From the NCBI RefSeq assembly GCF_018977255.1, contig NW_024704742.1, forward strand, positions 49,912,001-49,976,000: a stretch of 64,000 nucleotides of DNA, read 5' to 3'. Source of the stretch: Callorhinchus milii. Its lineage: Eukaryota. A program made the position numbers and the translations under genes. A model generated the notes under the pieces. The model made no database searches, had not been told where the DNA came from, and saw only the letters and a program-made list of their open reading frames with translations. Of the stretch, positions 52,640 through 63,645 are shown one piece after another; the first letter of the stretch is position 1; each line of letters begins with the position of its first letter.

Positions 52640-54590
52640 CTTATGGATGCAATGACCAACTACTAATTATCAAAATGATAAATATAAATGGATTGAGTAT
52701 GTCATGGATTGATTATAAGAAAGCATTTGACAGTATTCCTCATGTCTTAGTTTTATTATTAAATGCGTAGAGATATACAAACTTAACCCAGTCCTTTTAA
52801 ACTTTTTAAATAGTGCAATAAAGAAAAAGAAAACTAAAATGACCTTACAATATGAAAGAGTTATTATGACAAATGAAATTAAAATCAAGAAAGCAATTTT
52901 CCAAGGAGATTAATTTCATCTTTTGTTTATGCTTATTCCCTCTCAGCTGGGAAATAAAAGTCAGTCAATATGGCTTTCAACTGAAAATCACTACTCAAAC
53001 AAAGAAAGCTGACCATCTCCTCCATATGGGTGATCTGAAATTATACGGTAAAAGTGACAGAGTTGAAAGAACAACTGAAAATAGTAAAAATGTTCAGTGA
53101 TGATATAAAAATGGAGTTTGGATTAGATAAATCTGCAAAAGCAACCTTTATTGATGGAAAACTACAAACAACTGAAAACATTCAGCTAAACCAAAACACA
53201 ATAAAAGAAATAGATCAAAATGAAGTGTGTAAATTGATGAAAATGATGGAATAGATCATAAAGGCATGAAATTGAAAGTTGTTTCTGAGTATATAAGTAA
53301 AGTATGCTTGGTACTTGAAACAATGTTAAATGCCACAAGTAAAATATTACTATTAATGTAATTACAATACCAGTAATAAGATACAGCTTTGTAATAATCA
53401 ATTGGATGATCAAAGATCTGAAAAATATCGATAGAGAAATGCAAAAATGGTAAACCATTCATGCCCTATATGATATTAAAGCTGATGTCCAGAAGGAGGA
53501 CGAGGTCTGAATGAAATTGAAGCAACTTTTAAATCAGCAATTGTTGCTTTGGTTGTATATATCAGAACAAACCCCAGTGACAGCATGAAAATGATAGAAA
53601 ACCATGAAAACCAGAAAAAAAAGTTCCATCATTAAAGAAGCAATCAGGATCAAACAATCCATCAAAAAGAATAGAAAAGAAAGTAGCTCATCTGAACCAA
53701 CAAAAATGACACATGGAATGAAAATTGTCCTTAAAAAGAAAATAACTTGTAGAAAAAAATGAATGGGAGAAGAAACTCATGCATGGTCAATTTCAAGAGA
53801 AATGAAACAAGGCCTAGGTATGAATCAAAGCTGTAACTGGTTGACTAACGGAGATTTGAAAGCCAAAACAGAAGCTCTCATGAACACAAGACCTATCTAT
53901 TACAACCCGTTATTATGAAAATAAGATCTTGATCTTTCACATTGAACCAAAATGCCAAATAAGTAATCAAGTACCAGAAACAATAGAAAAAATATTGTTA
54001 TCATGTCCAACCCTAGTACATTCAGAGTATCTGATTCAACCTAACAATTCAGCTAAGTATATTCACTAGACAATTTGTAAACACTTTGATTTTGAAGTGA
54101 AATTCAACTGGTATGAACATTAACCAGCAAAATTGAAATATAATATCACAATAATCTGGGATTTACAAGTACATACAGATAGAACAGTAATCTGTAACAA
54201 ACCAGATATTATCATAAAGAACCAAATAGATTGTACTTGTAGTATTATTGATGTGGCTATCCCAAGTGATTATAACGTAAGAAATAAGGAACTAGAGATC
54301 AGAAAACATATCGATCTGCAAATGCACACATTTGTGGCAGTATAAAACAAACATAGTTGCTATAATTATCGGTGCAACTGGATTGTTAATCAGACTATTC
54401 AGAAATAATTGACAAAATAACTGGTGAACAAAATGTCAACTTCCTGCAAATGGTAGCGAAATTAGGAAGTTCAAACAAACTAAGAAAAGAACATCCTTTC
54501 AATGGTAAGGCAGCAGTATTATTGGTATGGCTGACCCATCACTGAAAACCACTTAGAAGCTACCTCCATAAAGTGATTTAAACTGTAATA
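52640..54590 (+). mobile_element. R4-clade (Dong/Rex6-like) non-LTR retrotransposon, 5'-truncated pseudogenic RT + RLE
   Basis: WIDYKKAFDSIPH, IFQGD, HLLHMGDLKLY (YMDD), FSDDIKMEFGLDK, MHGQF, degenerate CCHC knuckle, then WD..HTDRTVICNKPDII..IIDVAIP (PD-D/ExK restriction-like endonuclease); many stops and frameshifts. Confidence 0.88.
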
Positions 54591-54592
54591 AC

Positions 54593-55005
54593 ATAATAAT
54601 AATCCTTCCATTTGATATATTGCCGTATCACATCATCAAGACATCTCAAAGTGCTTCACAGGATATACTGTAAAGTGGTTTGACTGTATATTTTTGGGGC
54701 GAAACACAGCAGCGAGTTTGTGCACAGCAATGTCCCATGAACAGTCATGGAGTGTGTGAACAATTTTATATGGGGAATTATTGACCAGGACACAGGGAGA
54801 AACACCCTCCTCTTTTTGAATAGAGCTATGGGATCTTTATCATCCATCTGAAAAAGCAGATGGAACCTTGGTTTAACGTCTCACCAAAGAACAGCATCCC
54901 CAGCACTGTCAGCTAACTTAGACTGTATGAGTCCAAGTCCTGATGTGGGGCTTAAACCCACAACCTTCTGACTCAGATGCAAGAGTGCCACCACTCAACC
55001 AGGCT
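54593..55005 (-). mobile_element. DeuSINE, full length
   Basis: Head AACCCACAACCTTCTGACTCAGA..GAGTGCCACCACTCAACCA, Deu core, (AAT)n tail. Confidence 0.88.
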
Positions 55006-56324
55006 CTCAATAGTTGGCACAGTGAGGATTCAGGAAGGAGAAAGGAAACATAGAATGAGACATTTGAAGCTTGGGAAGAATAAGAGTAGAACATTCAGAA
55101 ATTTGTAGAACAGCTGAGATCTGAACAAAGCAGCAAAACTGCGGAAAGCTCAGACTTCATCAGATGGGTGGGACCCACTCATAGCATCACACACATGGGG
55201 TCTCACACTAACAAATGCCAAAAGGTTGGACACAATTATACACTACATGGATCACTGACCTTGTAACCTCAGTTTTATAGCCCTCATTCTGACATTCTCA
55301 CCGAAGTCATAGGATCAGAGGAACAGGAGTAGACTATTCAATCAGTCAAGCTTGCGTCACCATCTCATAAAATATTTATACTTTTAATCTTATCACTCTG
55401 CTCCTTCTCCAAATCTCGTAATATTCTTACTTATCAACATCTATCTATTTCCCTTTGAAACATAACAGTGGATTCTTAATTTATTTCCATCTGGAGGAGT
55501 GCACTCCACATTAGCACAGCACTTTGCTTGAATAAATGTTTTCTGGTTTCAATTAACTAGCCTAGCTCTAATTTTAAGATTATGACAAAAATAGATGTGT
55601 TGTGGAGCAGGATATGGAAAGCAGGCATCCCACTCTGCATCACTGTACCACAGGGAGTCATCATTTTGCTCCCAGCAATGTAAAGATAGCATGAATCACA
55701 TAAGGTACACAGCAATTGTACCCTTCTGCAATGACTTGTTCAAGATCCTACAACACTGCATGACATCACTGCCTTTCACAAAGAGCTGTGGCCCCTGTAG
55801 TGAACACCAGCACTGTGGTACTGTGGTGTGTAAAGAAAGATGTTAATTGGAAAGATGGACAGTACATCATCTTGGTAAATGAAGCTTCAGTACATCCAAA
55901 GGGATATCTCATGTCTTACACCACACCTTCAGGGAAGCTGTTAAAACAGATTTGTTTTTCATCATTGCTAGATTGAATGAAGTAAAGGTTTTACATAGGT
56001 ACATTACACGTACTATACAAGAAATCCCACATTATATATTTTTTTCAACAGGTTTATTCAGTTGGGGAGTCCTGTAGCTCAGTGGTTAGAGCACTAGTCT
56101 CACAAACAAGAGACCTCGGTTCGATTCCTGGCACGGCGAAATGTTGGGCAAGGTTCCTTACTCCACACGCCTCTGTTTACCTAGCAGTAATTAGGAAACC
56201 AGTTGTTAGTCGATTGGTGGATCGCTTTTCTGGCGGTAATAATTCTTTTAAAAAAATAAATAAATAAATTGGTCACTTCAATCCATGACTGTTTGTGGGA
56301 CCCTGCTGTGCGCAATTGGCTGCC

Positions 56325-58770
56325 TCTGCTCTGAACGCTTGCTCATAATGGGCGATTTTAACCTCCACCTAAACTCTCCTTGCACCACTTCTGCCAATTT
56401 CACTGCCTTCCTCTCCTCCCTAAACCTTACCCTTCATATAAACTCACCTACCCACAACCGTGGTCATGCACTTAACCTGGTCATCACCCATGGCCTTGAC
56501 ATTTCTGACCTCAACATAGTGGACAAGGCCATCTCGGACCACTTCCTCATCTCCTTCTTCTCTCACATCTCTCTCTCCTCCACCAAGCCCTCAACCATCC
56601 TCTACCACCCTTGGAAAAGTCTACCCCCTGAGACCCTCACAAAGGCCCTCACATCATCAAACATCCTATCCCTCTGGCCTTCCACCCGCGGAGATCCTGA
56701 AGCAGCCACCCAGTTGCTACATGATCGTCTCTTCTCCACCTTCAACTCCCTTGTCCCCCTAGAATCCAGGACCATCTCCAAACCCACCCGATCTCCCTGG
56801 TACAACAACCATCTCCGCTACCTAAAAACCCAAACCCGTCTGCTCGTGCGCAGATGGCGGAAAACTGGCCTGACAGGTCACTGCCAACTGTGGCCCGAGC
56901 ATCTCCACAGCTACCGCCGTTCTTTGAAACGTGCAAAAACGGCCTTCTACTCCAACTAATAATAATAATAATAATAATAATAATCCTTGCATTTGATATA
57001 GCGCTTTTCACGTCGGGTGGACGTCCCAAAGCGCTTCACAGAACACACTGTAAAGTGAATTGACTATATATTTGTGGGCGAACGCGGCAGCCAATTGCGC
57101 ACAGCAATGTCCCACAAACAGTCATAGATTGAAAATGACTAATTTTATTATTGTTTTTGGTTTTGGAGGGATTATTATTAGGCGTGTGGAGTAAGGAAAC
57201 TTGCCCAAGGTTTCGCCCTGTGCCTGGAATTGAACTCAGGTCTCTCACTTGCAAAGCGAGTGCTCTAACCACTGAGCTACAGGACTCCACGAGTCCTCAA
57301 CATCATCTTGGAGGCCAAACACAACCCTAAAATCCTTTTTTCCACCACCCACTACCTCTTCCGTGCCCCCCCTCAGGCCTCCTTAATCTTCATATCAAAT
57401 GCCAAGTGCGAGGAGGTCATGGATTTCTTTTCATCTAAAATACTTAACATCCGCCAGGCAGCCTCATCCACCTGCCTCTTGTCACCCACCACCACACTCT
57501 CTCTGCTCCCCTCACCTTCCTCATCATCTGCTCCTACCACCACCCCCATCCTACATTCCTTCCTCCCCATCTCTCCCTCCTCCCTCTCACCCACCATCAC
57601 CTCCATGAAACCCACTGCCTGCGGCCTCGACCCCTCCCCACCAACTTGCTGGTCACCCAGCTCCCCCTCCTCTGCCCACTCCTGGCTGACTTCATCAACT
57701 AGTCCCTCTCCTCCGGATCAGTCCCTCCTCCCCTTAAAACTGCTGTCATCACCCCCCTCCTCAAAAAACCCTCCCTAGATCCCTCAAACCCCAGCCACTA
57801 CCGCCCCATTTCTAACCTGCCCTTCCTCGCAAAAGCCCTAGAATGCGTTGTTGCCAATCAACTTCGCGCACACCTCTCCTCCCACTCCCTCTTCGAACCC
57901 CTCCAGTCCGGTTTCCACCCTGCCCATAGTACAGAGACTGCGCTTATGAAAATCACAAACGACATCCTCTCTATCTGTCACCAGGGCTCCCTCTGCCTCC
58001 TTGTCCTCCTGGACCTCTTTGCAGCGTTCGACACAGTCGACCACGCCATCCTCCTCCACTGCCTTTCCTCCATCATCCACCTCAATGGCACTGCGCTCGC
58101 CTGGTTCGAGTCCTACCTCACAAACCGCCAGCAGTACATCTGCACAATTGGCTTCTCCTCCCGCTCTCACCTGGTCACCTGCGGGGTACCCCAAGGATCC
58201 ATCCTTGGCCCCCTCCTCTTTCTGATCTACATGCTCCCTCTTGGGGATGTCATCGCAGATATGGGGTACATTTCCACATGTAGGCAGATGACACCCAACT
58301 CTATTTTTCCACCTCTCTTTCCGACCCCCAGTTCCCTGATGTTCTGTCAGACTGCCTGTCAGATCTCAGGGGCTGGATGAGCGCAAATTTCCTTCAGTTG
58401 AACATTGACAAGACAGAACCCATACTCTTTGGCTCTCGTCAACATCTACAATCTCACGGCTCTCACCTCCTCCACCTACCCGACCTACCCCTAAAACTCT
58501 CTCCCATCCTCTCCCATCTACTACCATCCATAAAATCTAAATCATTCAAAACTCTGCCGCCCGCATTCTCATCCGTACAAAACTTCGCTCCCCAATCGCC
58601 CCAGTCCTCGCCAGACTGCACTGGCTACCTGTCCCAGAGAAAATCGACTTCAAGATCCTCATCCTTGTATTCAAATCTCTCCACTCCTCTTCACCCTCCT
58701 ACCTCTCTGACCTCCTCTCTCCTCAAAACAGTACCCATTGCCTTTGTTCCTCCGGGTCTGGCCTTCTCCT
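56325..58770 (+). mobile_element. L2 LINE (subfamily B) internal ORF2 segment: APE endonuclease C-half to RT
   Basis: GDFNLH..PTHNRGH.LNLVI..SDHFLI (APE), PWYN, YRPISNLPFL, QSGF, LLDLFAAFDTVDH, GVPQGSILGP; no 3' tail; about 200-nt internal deletion near 58505. Confidence 0.93.
56957..57288 (-). mobile_element. tRNA-derived SINE (short subfamily, TGC-anticodon-like head) nested in L2
   Basis: Full length with long (TAA)n; CAAC duplicated at 56953-56956 and 57298-57301; L2 frame AFYSN|IILEAK resumes after it. Confidence 0.92.
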
Positions 58771-59028
58771 CGTTTTGCCCACAAAATATAGTTAATTCAC
58801 TTTACAGTATATTCTGTAAAGTGCTTTGACACATCTCGAAGACCGATAAGGTGCTATGTCAAATGCAAGGATTATTAATATTATTCAATAACCGTTGTAC
58901 TACTACTTACATAAATCAAAAGACATAATGAGAGGCACATGTGACCTTTTCATCCTGGTTTTGCCATTCCCGTTATGGGAAATTAATTTGTCTTATTGTT
59001 CAATGGGATTCCTTCATAAGAAGTCACT

Positions 59029-59348
59029 GGAGTCCTGTAGCTCAGTGGTTAGAGCACTTGCTTTGCAAGTGAGAGACCTGAGTTCAATTCCAGGCGGGGC
59101 GAAACCTTGGGCAAGTTTCCTTACTCCACATGCCTAATAATAATCCCTCCAAAAAAACAAAACAATAATAAATTGGCCATTTTCAATCCACAACTGTTTG
59201 TGGGACATTGCTATGCGCAATTGGCTGCCGCGTTCGCCCACAAATATACAGTCAATTCACTTTACAGTCTATTCTGTGAAGCGCTTTGGGAAGTCCTCCC
59301 AATGTGAAAAGCGCTATATCAAAATGCAAGGATTATTATATTATTATT
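59029..59348 (+). mobile_element. tRNA-derived SINE (short subfamily), full length
   Basis: GGAGTCCTGTAGCTCAGTGGTTAGAGCAC..TTGCAA..GAGTTCAATTCC; (ATT)n tail. Confidence 0.92.
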
Positions 59349-59684
59349 AATATTTAAATTCCTGTTGATGTTCATTGCTTTGGAGCAAAGCAATCATTTA
59401 TCATTGTTTACCGAAAGGAATCAGATTCCTTTTTAAGAAGTTTTTCTAAGAGCCACAAATTAGCCTTCTTATTTCCAATATTGCTCAATTAGGAAAGCTG
59501 TTAAAATCTTTTCAAAGAGCTTCGGCTGATTATTTAGGTTATCGGGTGTAAACATATAGCCTTATGCTTGTACCTTGCTGAATAGCTGAATCCTGAGATT
59601 ACACTGAGAATCTGTTGATGTTCAACTGTGGTGCAAGCAGCACTGTGTTCAATACAGTTGTAAGTCTTACTTTACACCACAATA

Positions 59685-59978
59685 ATTGCTTGTTAGTCAA
59701 TTGGCGGATTGCTTTCCGGGGGTAATAATCCCATAAAAAAAACAAAATTTGGTCACTCAATCCACGACTGTTTGTGGGACACTGATGTGCGCAATTGGCT
59801 GCCGTATTTTGCCCATAAAATACACAGTCAAACCACTTTACAGTATATCCTGTGAAGCGCTTTGAGACGTCTTGAAGACATGATGAGGCACTATATCAAA
59901 TGCAAGGATGATTGCAACAACAACAAGATTGCATTTGTATAGCGTCTTTCACGATGGAGGGATGTCCCAAGAGGCTGG
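59685..59978 (+). mobile_element. tRNA-SINE 3' part with antisense L2 tail (59915-59978) in its tail
   Basis: SINE ends ATCAAATGCAAGGATGATT, then (CAA)nGATTGCATTTGTATAGCG..GATGTCCCAAG, then ATTATTA resumes. Confidence 0.8.
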
Positions 59979-60582
59979 AAACTATTATTATAATAAGAAT
60001 ATGTTTGGAATGACCTTTTCCGGAAATCGATGAACATGGAGAAGAAACATGGATTGCCCATTGAAAAGAATCCTAAAAGTAACATTCATCGTTTTTTGTT
60101 CAATGTGCCGATTGTCAATGATTGCATATATATTTCACAAACGGTTGTTTCGCAAAGTATAATCCTAACATTATATGTGCTTCTCAAAAGACCCCATGCT
60201 AGCTCAATGGCTCAATCTGGCCATGCCTAATGCTACTGAACACAAAGCTGGAAATAGTTTATTAAAACAACTGCTTTCTATACCAAAGTAAACAAGGAAA
60301 GCAATAAGGGTACAAATTACAGCAAACAATAAGTAAAGGGGCCTGCATGATGATTAGGTAGGTTTTTTGTAACAAGACATGTTTGCATGTAAGTCTCTGG
60401 CAGATTCTCCTGCTGTCTGTCAGAGACCAGAATATGTTTTCCTTTTATTTGAGGGACATGGAATTATAAAATAAATACAAGCTGTAAACAAATATAACTT
60501 AGATTATTGATTGCTTGAAAACAACAGTCAATATTGAGTTATATGAAAGTTGTTTACATTTGTTCTTGATCAGTTGTATTTA

Positions 60583-61020
60583 AATAATAATAATCTTTGA
60601 ATTTGAAATAGCACCTTTCATGATGGGAGGATGTCTCAAAGCACTTCATAGGGTTTACTGTAAAGTGTACTAGCTGGATTTTGTAAGCAAACACAGTAGC
60701 CAATTAGCACAGAGCAATGTCCTACAAACAATCACAAGTGAATATTTAATTTTATCCAAGAGATTGTTGGGCTGGGCCCTGGGAGAAACTCCTTCTATTT
60801 TCAAACTGGTGCCATGGGATCTTTAATGTCTACTTGAAGAAGCATTTACCACTTTAGTTTAAAGTCTCATCCAAAGGATGACACCTCCAAAAATGCAGCA
60901 CACCCCCAGAACTGCATTGAAGTGTCAGCCTAAACTATATGATTTAAAAGTCCTGATGTAGGGTATCAACACACACTCTTCTGATTCAGAGGCAAGAATG
61001 CTACCAACTTAACCAGGCTG
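60583..61020 (-). mobile_element. DeuSINE, full length
   Basis: Tail, GTGCCATGGGATCTTTAATGTC, TCTCATCCAAAGGATGACACCTCC, head TTCTGATTCAGAGGCAAGAATGCTACCAACT. Confidence 0.88.
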
Positions 61021-61534
61021 AAATCTTACTTGACTCTGTGTTGTTTTCGCCTGAATGTCTCTGTGTGCAGTACTCCTATACCTTTGTGCTGTTCCAGTTT
61101 GAATCATTGAATACCATATGTGCTGCCTTGCCGTTGCTTCAGTTTACTGGTACCCATGAATATTTCCCAGGAACAATATTAACCACAAGCAAAACGCTGA
61201 CATCTATGAAAAAAAATTTGAGGCTTGCATCACAATGATCACCTTCCTGACGCAGTGCAGTAGGCTGGAAATGCCAGAGGTGTTTCAGTGATGTGGTTTG
61301 TTCTTAAAGTAGCTGTCTGCTTGCCTCTTCTAATACTTGTCTTGCAACGTGTACTGAATACTTCTAGTTTTTCACTGCTGTCAATAGTAAAATGATTTTA
61401 AATAGTAAAATAATGTTATTCTGCCTTTGAAATCTGTCAAGTAACATCCATACTTCATTCAAGGCATGTCTCAAAACTTAAATCTTTTCACCCCCCTCCT
61501 CCAAACCCAACTCACTTCCCCAGGATATCATCAT

Positions 61535-61945
61535 AGAGTGAATAAGTTAGGCTTTTTCTCGCTAGCAGAGATGCTTAGGAGGAGACCTAACAGTAGTGTT
61601 GGAAATGTTAAGAGTTTGATAAGATTAACATGAATAGGCTGTTCCACTGGTTGAGGAGTCTGTAACCAGGGCATTACAAATATAAAATAGCGACTAAGAG
61701 ATTTAAGAGAGAATGTAGGAGGAAGTAATTCATGCAGAGGCTAGTGGTGGGACTCACTACCTGAAACAGTGGTTAAATCAGATAGCATAGATGGATTCAA
61801 AAGGAAGCTAGGGTTTTACAAGAGGGAGAGGGCAAAAGAAGGGTATGGTAGAGAGCAAGGAATGGGTTAAAACTTGTGTGGCATATAAACGCCAGCACGG
61901 ACTAGTTGGGCCAAGTGGGTTGTTTCTGTGCTGTACATTCTTTGT
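61535..61945 (+). mobile_element. CR1 LINE 3' fragment
   Basis: LGFFSL..LGGDL..RLFHW..TRA remnants; 3'UTR GGACTAGTTGGGCCAAGTGG..CTGTGCTGTACATTCT. Confidence 0.8.
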
Positions 61946-62738
61946 AATCTTTGAATATGAAATTCGCTCCTACAAACTTTTGTAACCACTTTGTCACCTC
62001 CCTCTGGAACTCTCTTGTGAAATTCCTCCGTCTCACCCCTTCCACCTGACATGAAAGTATATCAAGTGCAAGAATTATTTATGGAATCCCCTCCCAAATT
62101 ACATCCCAATTGAAATACACCCCGTTATTTCACAAAGTATCCATTTACACCATCAGTATTAAGTAACATACCATACATCAACATTTTCATCCTATATTTC
62201 TATGGCGAATGAGTCCTTATTTATTTATTTATTTATTTGCAGTATCACTCCTTAAGCCGCCGTTACTTTTAAGAGTAGTTGTTTGTCCTGCCAGCGACTC
62301 CTCCATTATATTTTCCTGTAACGTTTGTAGACCGGGTCAGTAATTAGCCCCAAGGAAAACTTATTTTGGTGAACATTTTTATTAGTACTTTTTAAAGGTT
62401 AAACATTAATCTGTCATTTGTAGCAGTGGATTTAAAGTTCAAATGAAACATATGATGCATTTCTTTATGAGTGCATCAAACTAGCAACGCAACAGGACAA
62501 AGATTTCCTCTTGATAATTATTCATCTGAATGTCACCTGACTCTCTATTAATGCTTTCAACAAAATGAATGGCATCGCAGCTGATAATTGATCAGCATTT
62601 GTTTTTGGCAGTAACATGCAGTTTTTCAATATTAATAAGATCAAAGCAATTCTTTTAACACCGTTAATCTAATTTTCTCTCAGCAGCAAAATTTAGCAAT
62701 TCACAGAACATATGGCACCTGATGTGACATCTTCCTCA

Positions 62739-62854
62739 CTATTTCTTTTTTGTTAAAGGCCCAGCATGGCACTGTCCGTGTGTTTCAGGTTTAAGTCCAG
62801 AGAATCGTTGTTCTTCACACATCACTTCAGAGCGACAGTGAACATCAGGAAGAT
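62739..62854 (-). CDS. Candidate terminal coding exon of an unidentified gene (speculative)
   Basis: Strong acceptor CTTTTACCCGTTTTGCCCGCAG with a long AG-free zone; one frame reads LPDVHCRSEVMCEEQRFSGLKPETHGQCHAGPLTKKK-stop; CpG-retaining unique sequence; peptide not recognised. Confidence 0.25.
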
Positions 62855-63071
62855 CTGCGGGCAAAACGGGTAAAAGTTATCACCAATTCCAAATTTTAAT
62901 GCAATAATAATTATTAGTGAAAATAACCCTTGTGTTCTTCTGGTTACAAACTTAGTCAAACTAAATGTAAAGTCATTTCACCAGGTTGAGGATGACCCTT
63001 TAATAATTTCTGTACCAAAAGTGTTTGGTTGGAAATATCAATTGCAAACATACAGATTAATGGCTTAATGG

Positions 63072-63212
63072 TTCTGACGAAGGGTCGTGAACCCAAAACT
63101 GGAGGGTTGACTCACTTTCCTTTCTCCATAGATGCTGCCTGACCTGCTGAGTGTTCCCAGCGACTTGTGTTTTTGTTTCAGATTTTCAGCATCTGTAGTA
63201 CTTTACATTTCG
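63072..63212 (+). mobile_element. Penelope-like terminal repeat fragment with degenerate hammerhead core
   Basis: CTGACGA-A-GGGTCGTGAACCC-AAAAC, then TTGACTCACTTTCCTTTCTCCATAGATGCTGCCTGACCTGCTGAGT identical to the 1459 copy. Confidence 0.82.
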
Positions 63213-63295
63213 TTTATACAGATTAATGGATGGCTACTTCCTTGTGTCACTGTATTTCCCCCAAATAGTTTGGTTTTGATGCTTTTAATCAAGGT

Positions 63296-63645
63296 AATAA
63301 TAATATTGATAATCCTTGCATTTGATATAATAATAATAATAATCCTTGCATTTGATATAGCGCTTTTCACGTCTTCTAGACGTCTTCAAAGCGCTTCACA
63401 GAATATGCTGTAAAATAAATTGACCGTATATTTATGAGCAAAACGCAGCAGCCAATTGCACACGGCAGTGTCCCACAAACAGTCGTGGATTGAAAATGAC
63501 CAATTTATTATTGTTTTTGCTTTGGAGGGATTATTATTAGGCGTGTGGAGTAAGGAAACTTGCCCAAGGTTTCGCCCTGCCTGGAATTGAATCCAGGTGT
63601 CTCGCTTGCAAGGCGAGTGCTCTAACCACTGAGCTACAGGACTCC
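63296..63645 (-). mobile_element. tRNA-derived SINE (short subfamily) with duplicated 3' tail
   Basis: AATCCTTGCATTTGATATA occurs twice; AAGGT flanks both ends (63291-63295, 63646-63650). Confidence 0.92.

Larger units (their letters stand above)
56065..58885 (+). mobile_element. tRNA-SINE (long subfamily) split into 56065-56324 and 58771-58885 by an L2 segment
   Basis: SINE stops at AATTGGCTGCC and resumes CGTTTTGCCCACAAAATATA, essentially contiguous in intact copies. Confidence 0.85.

Noticed and set aside
55595..55976. Cys-rich short ORFs
   Set aside because: No recognisable domain spacing or splice signals; within chance expectation.
56285..56959. 224-aa ORF as an intact endonuclease gene
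   Set aside because: The ATG comes from SINE sequence, it covers only part of the L2 APE domain, and it ends at a SINE insertion; downstream RT is frameshifted.
59029..59101. tRNA-Ala/Val genes at SINE heads
   Set aside because: A/B boxes are present, but each head continues into a SINE body and tail and the acceptor stem is poor.
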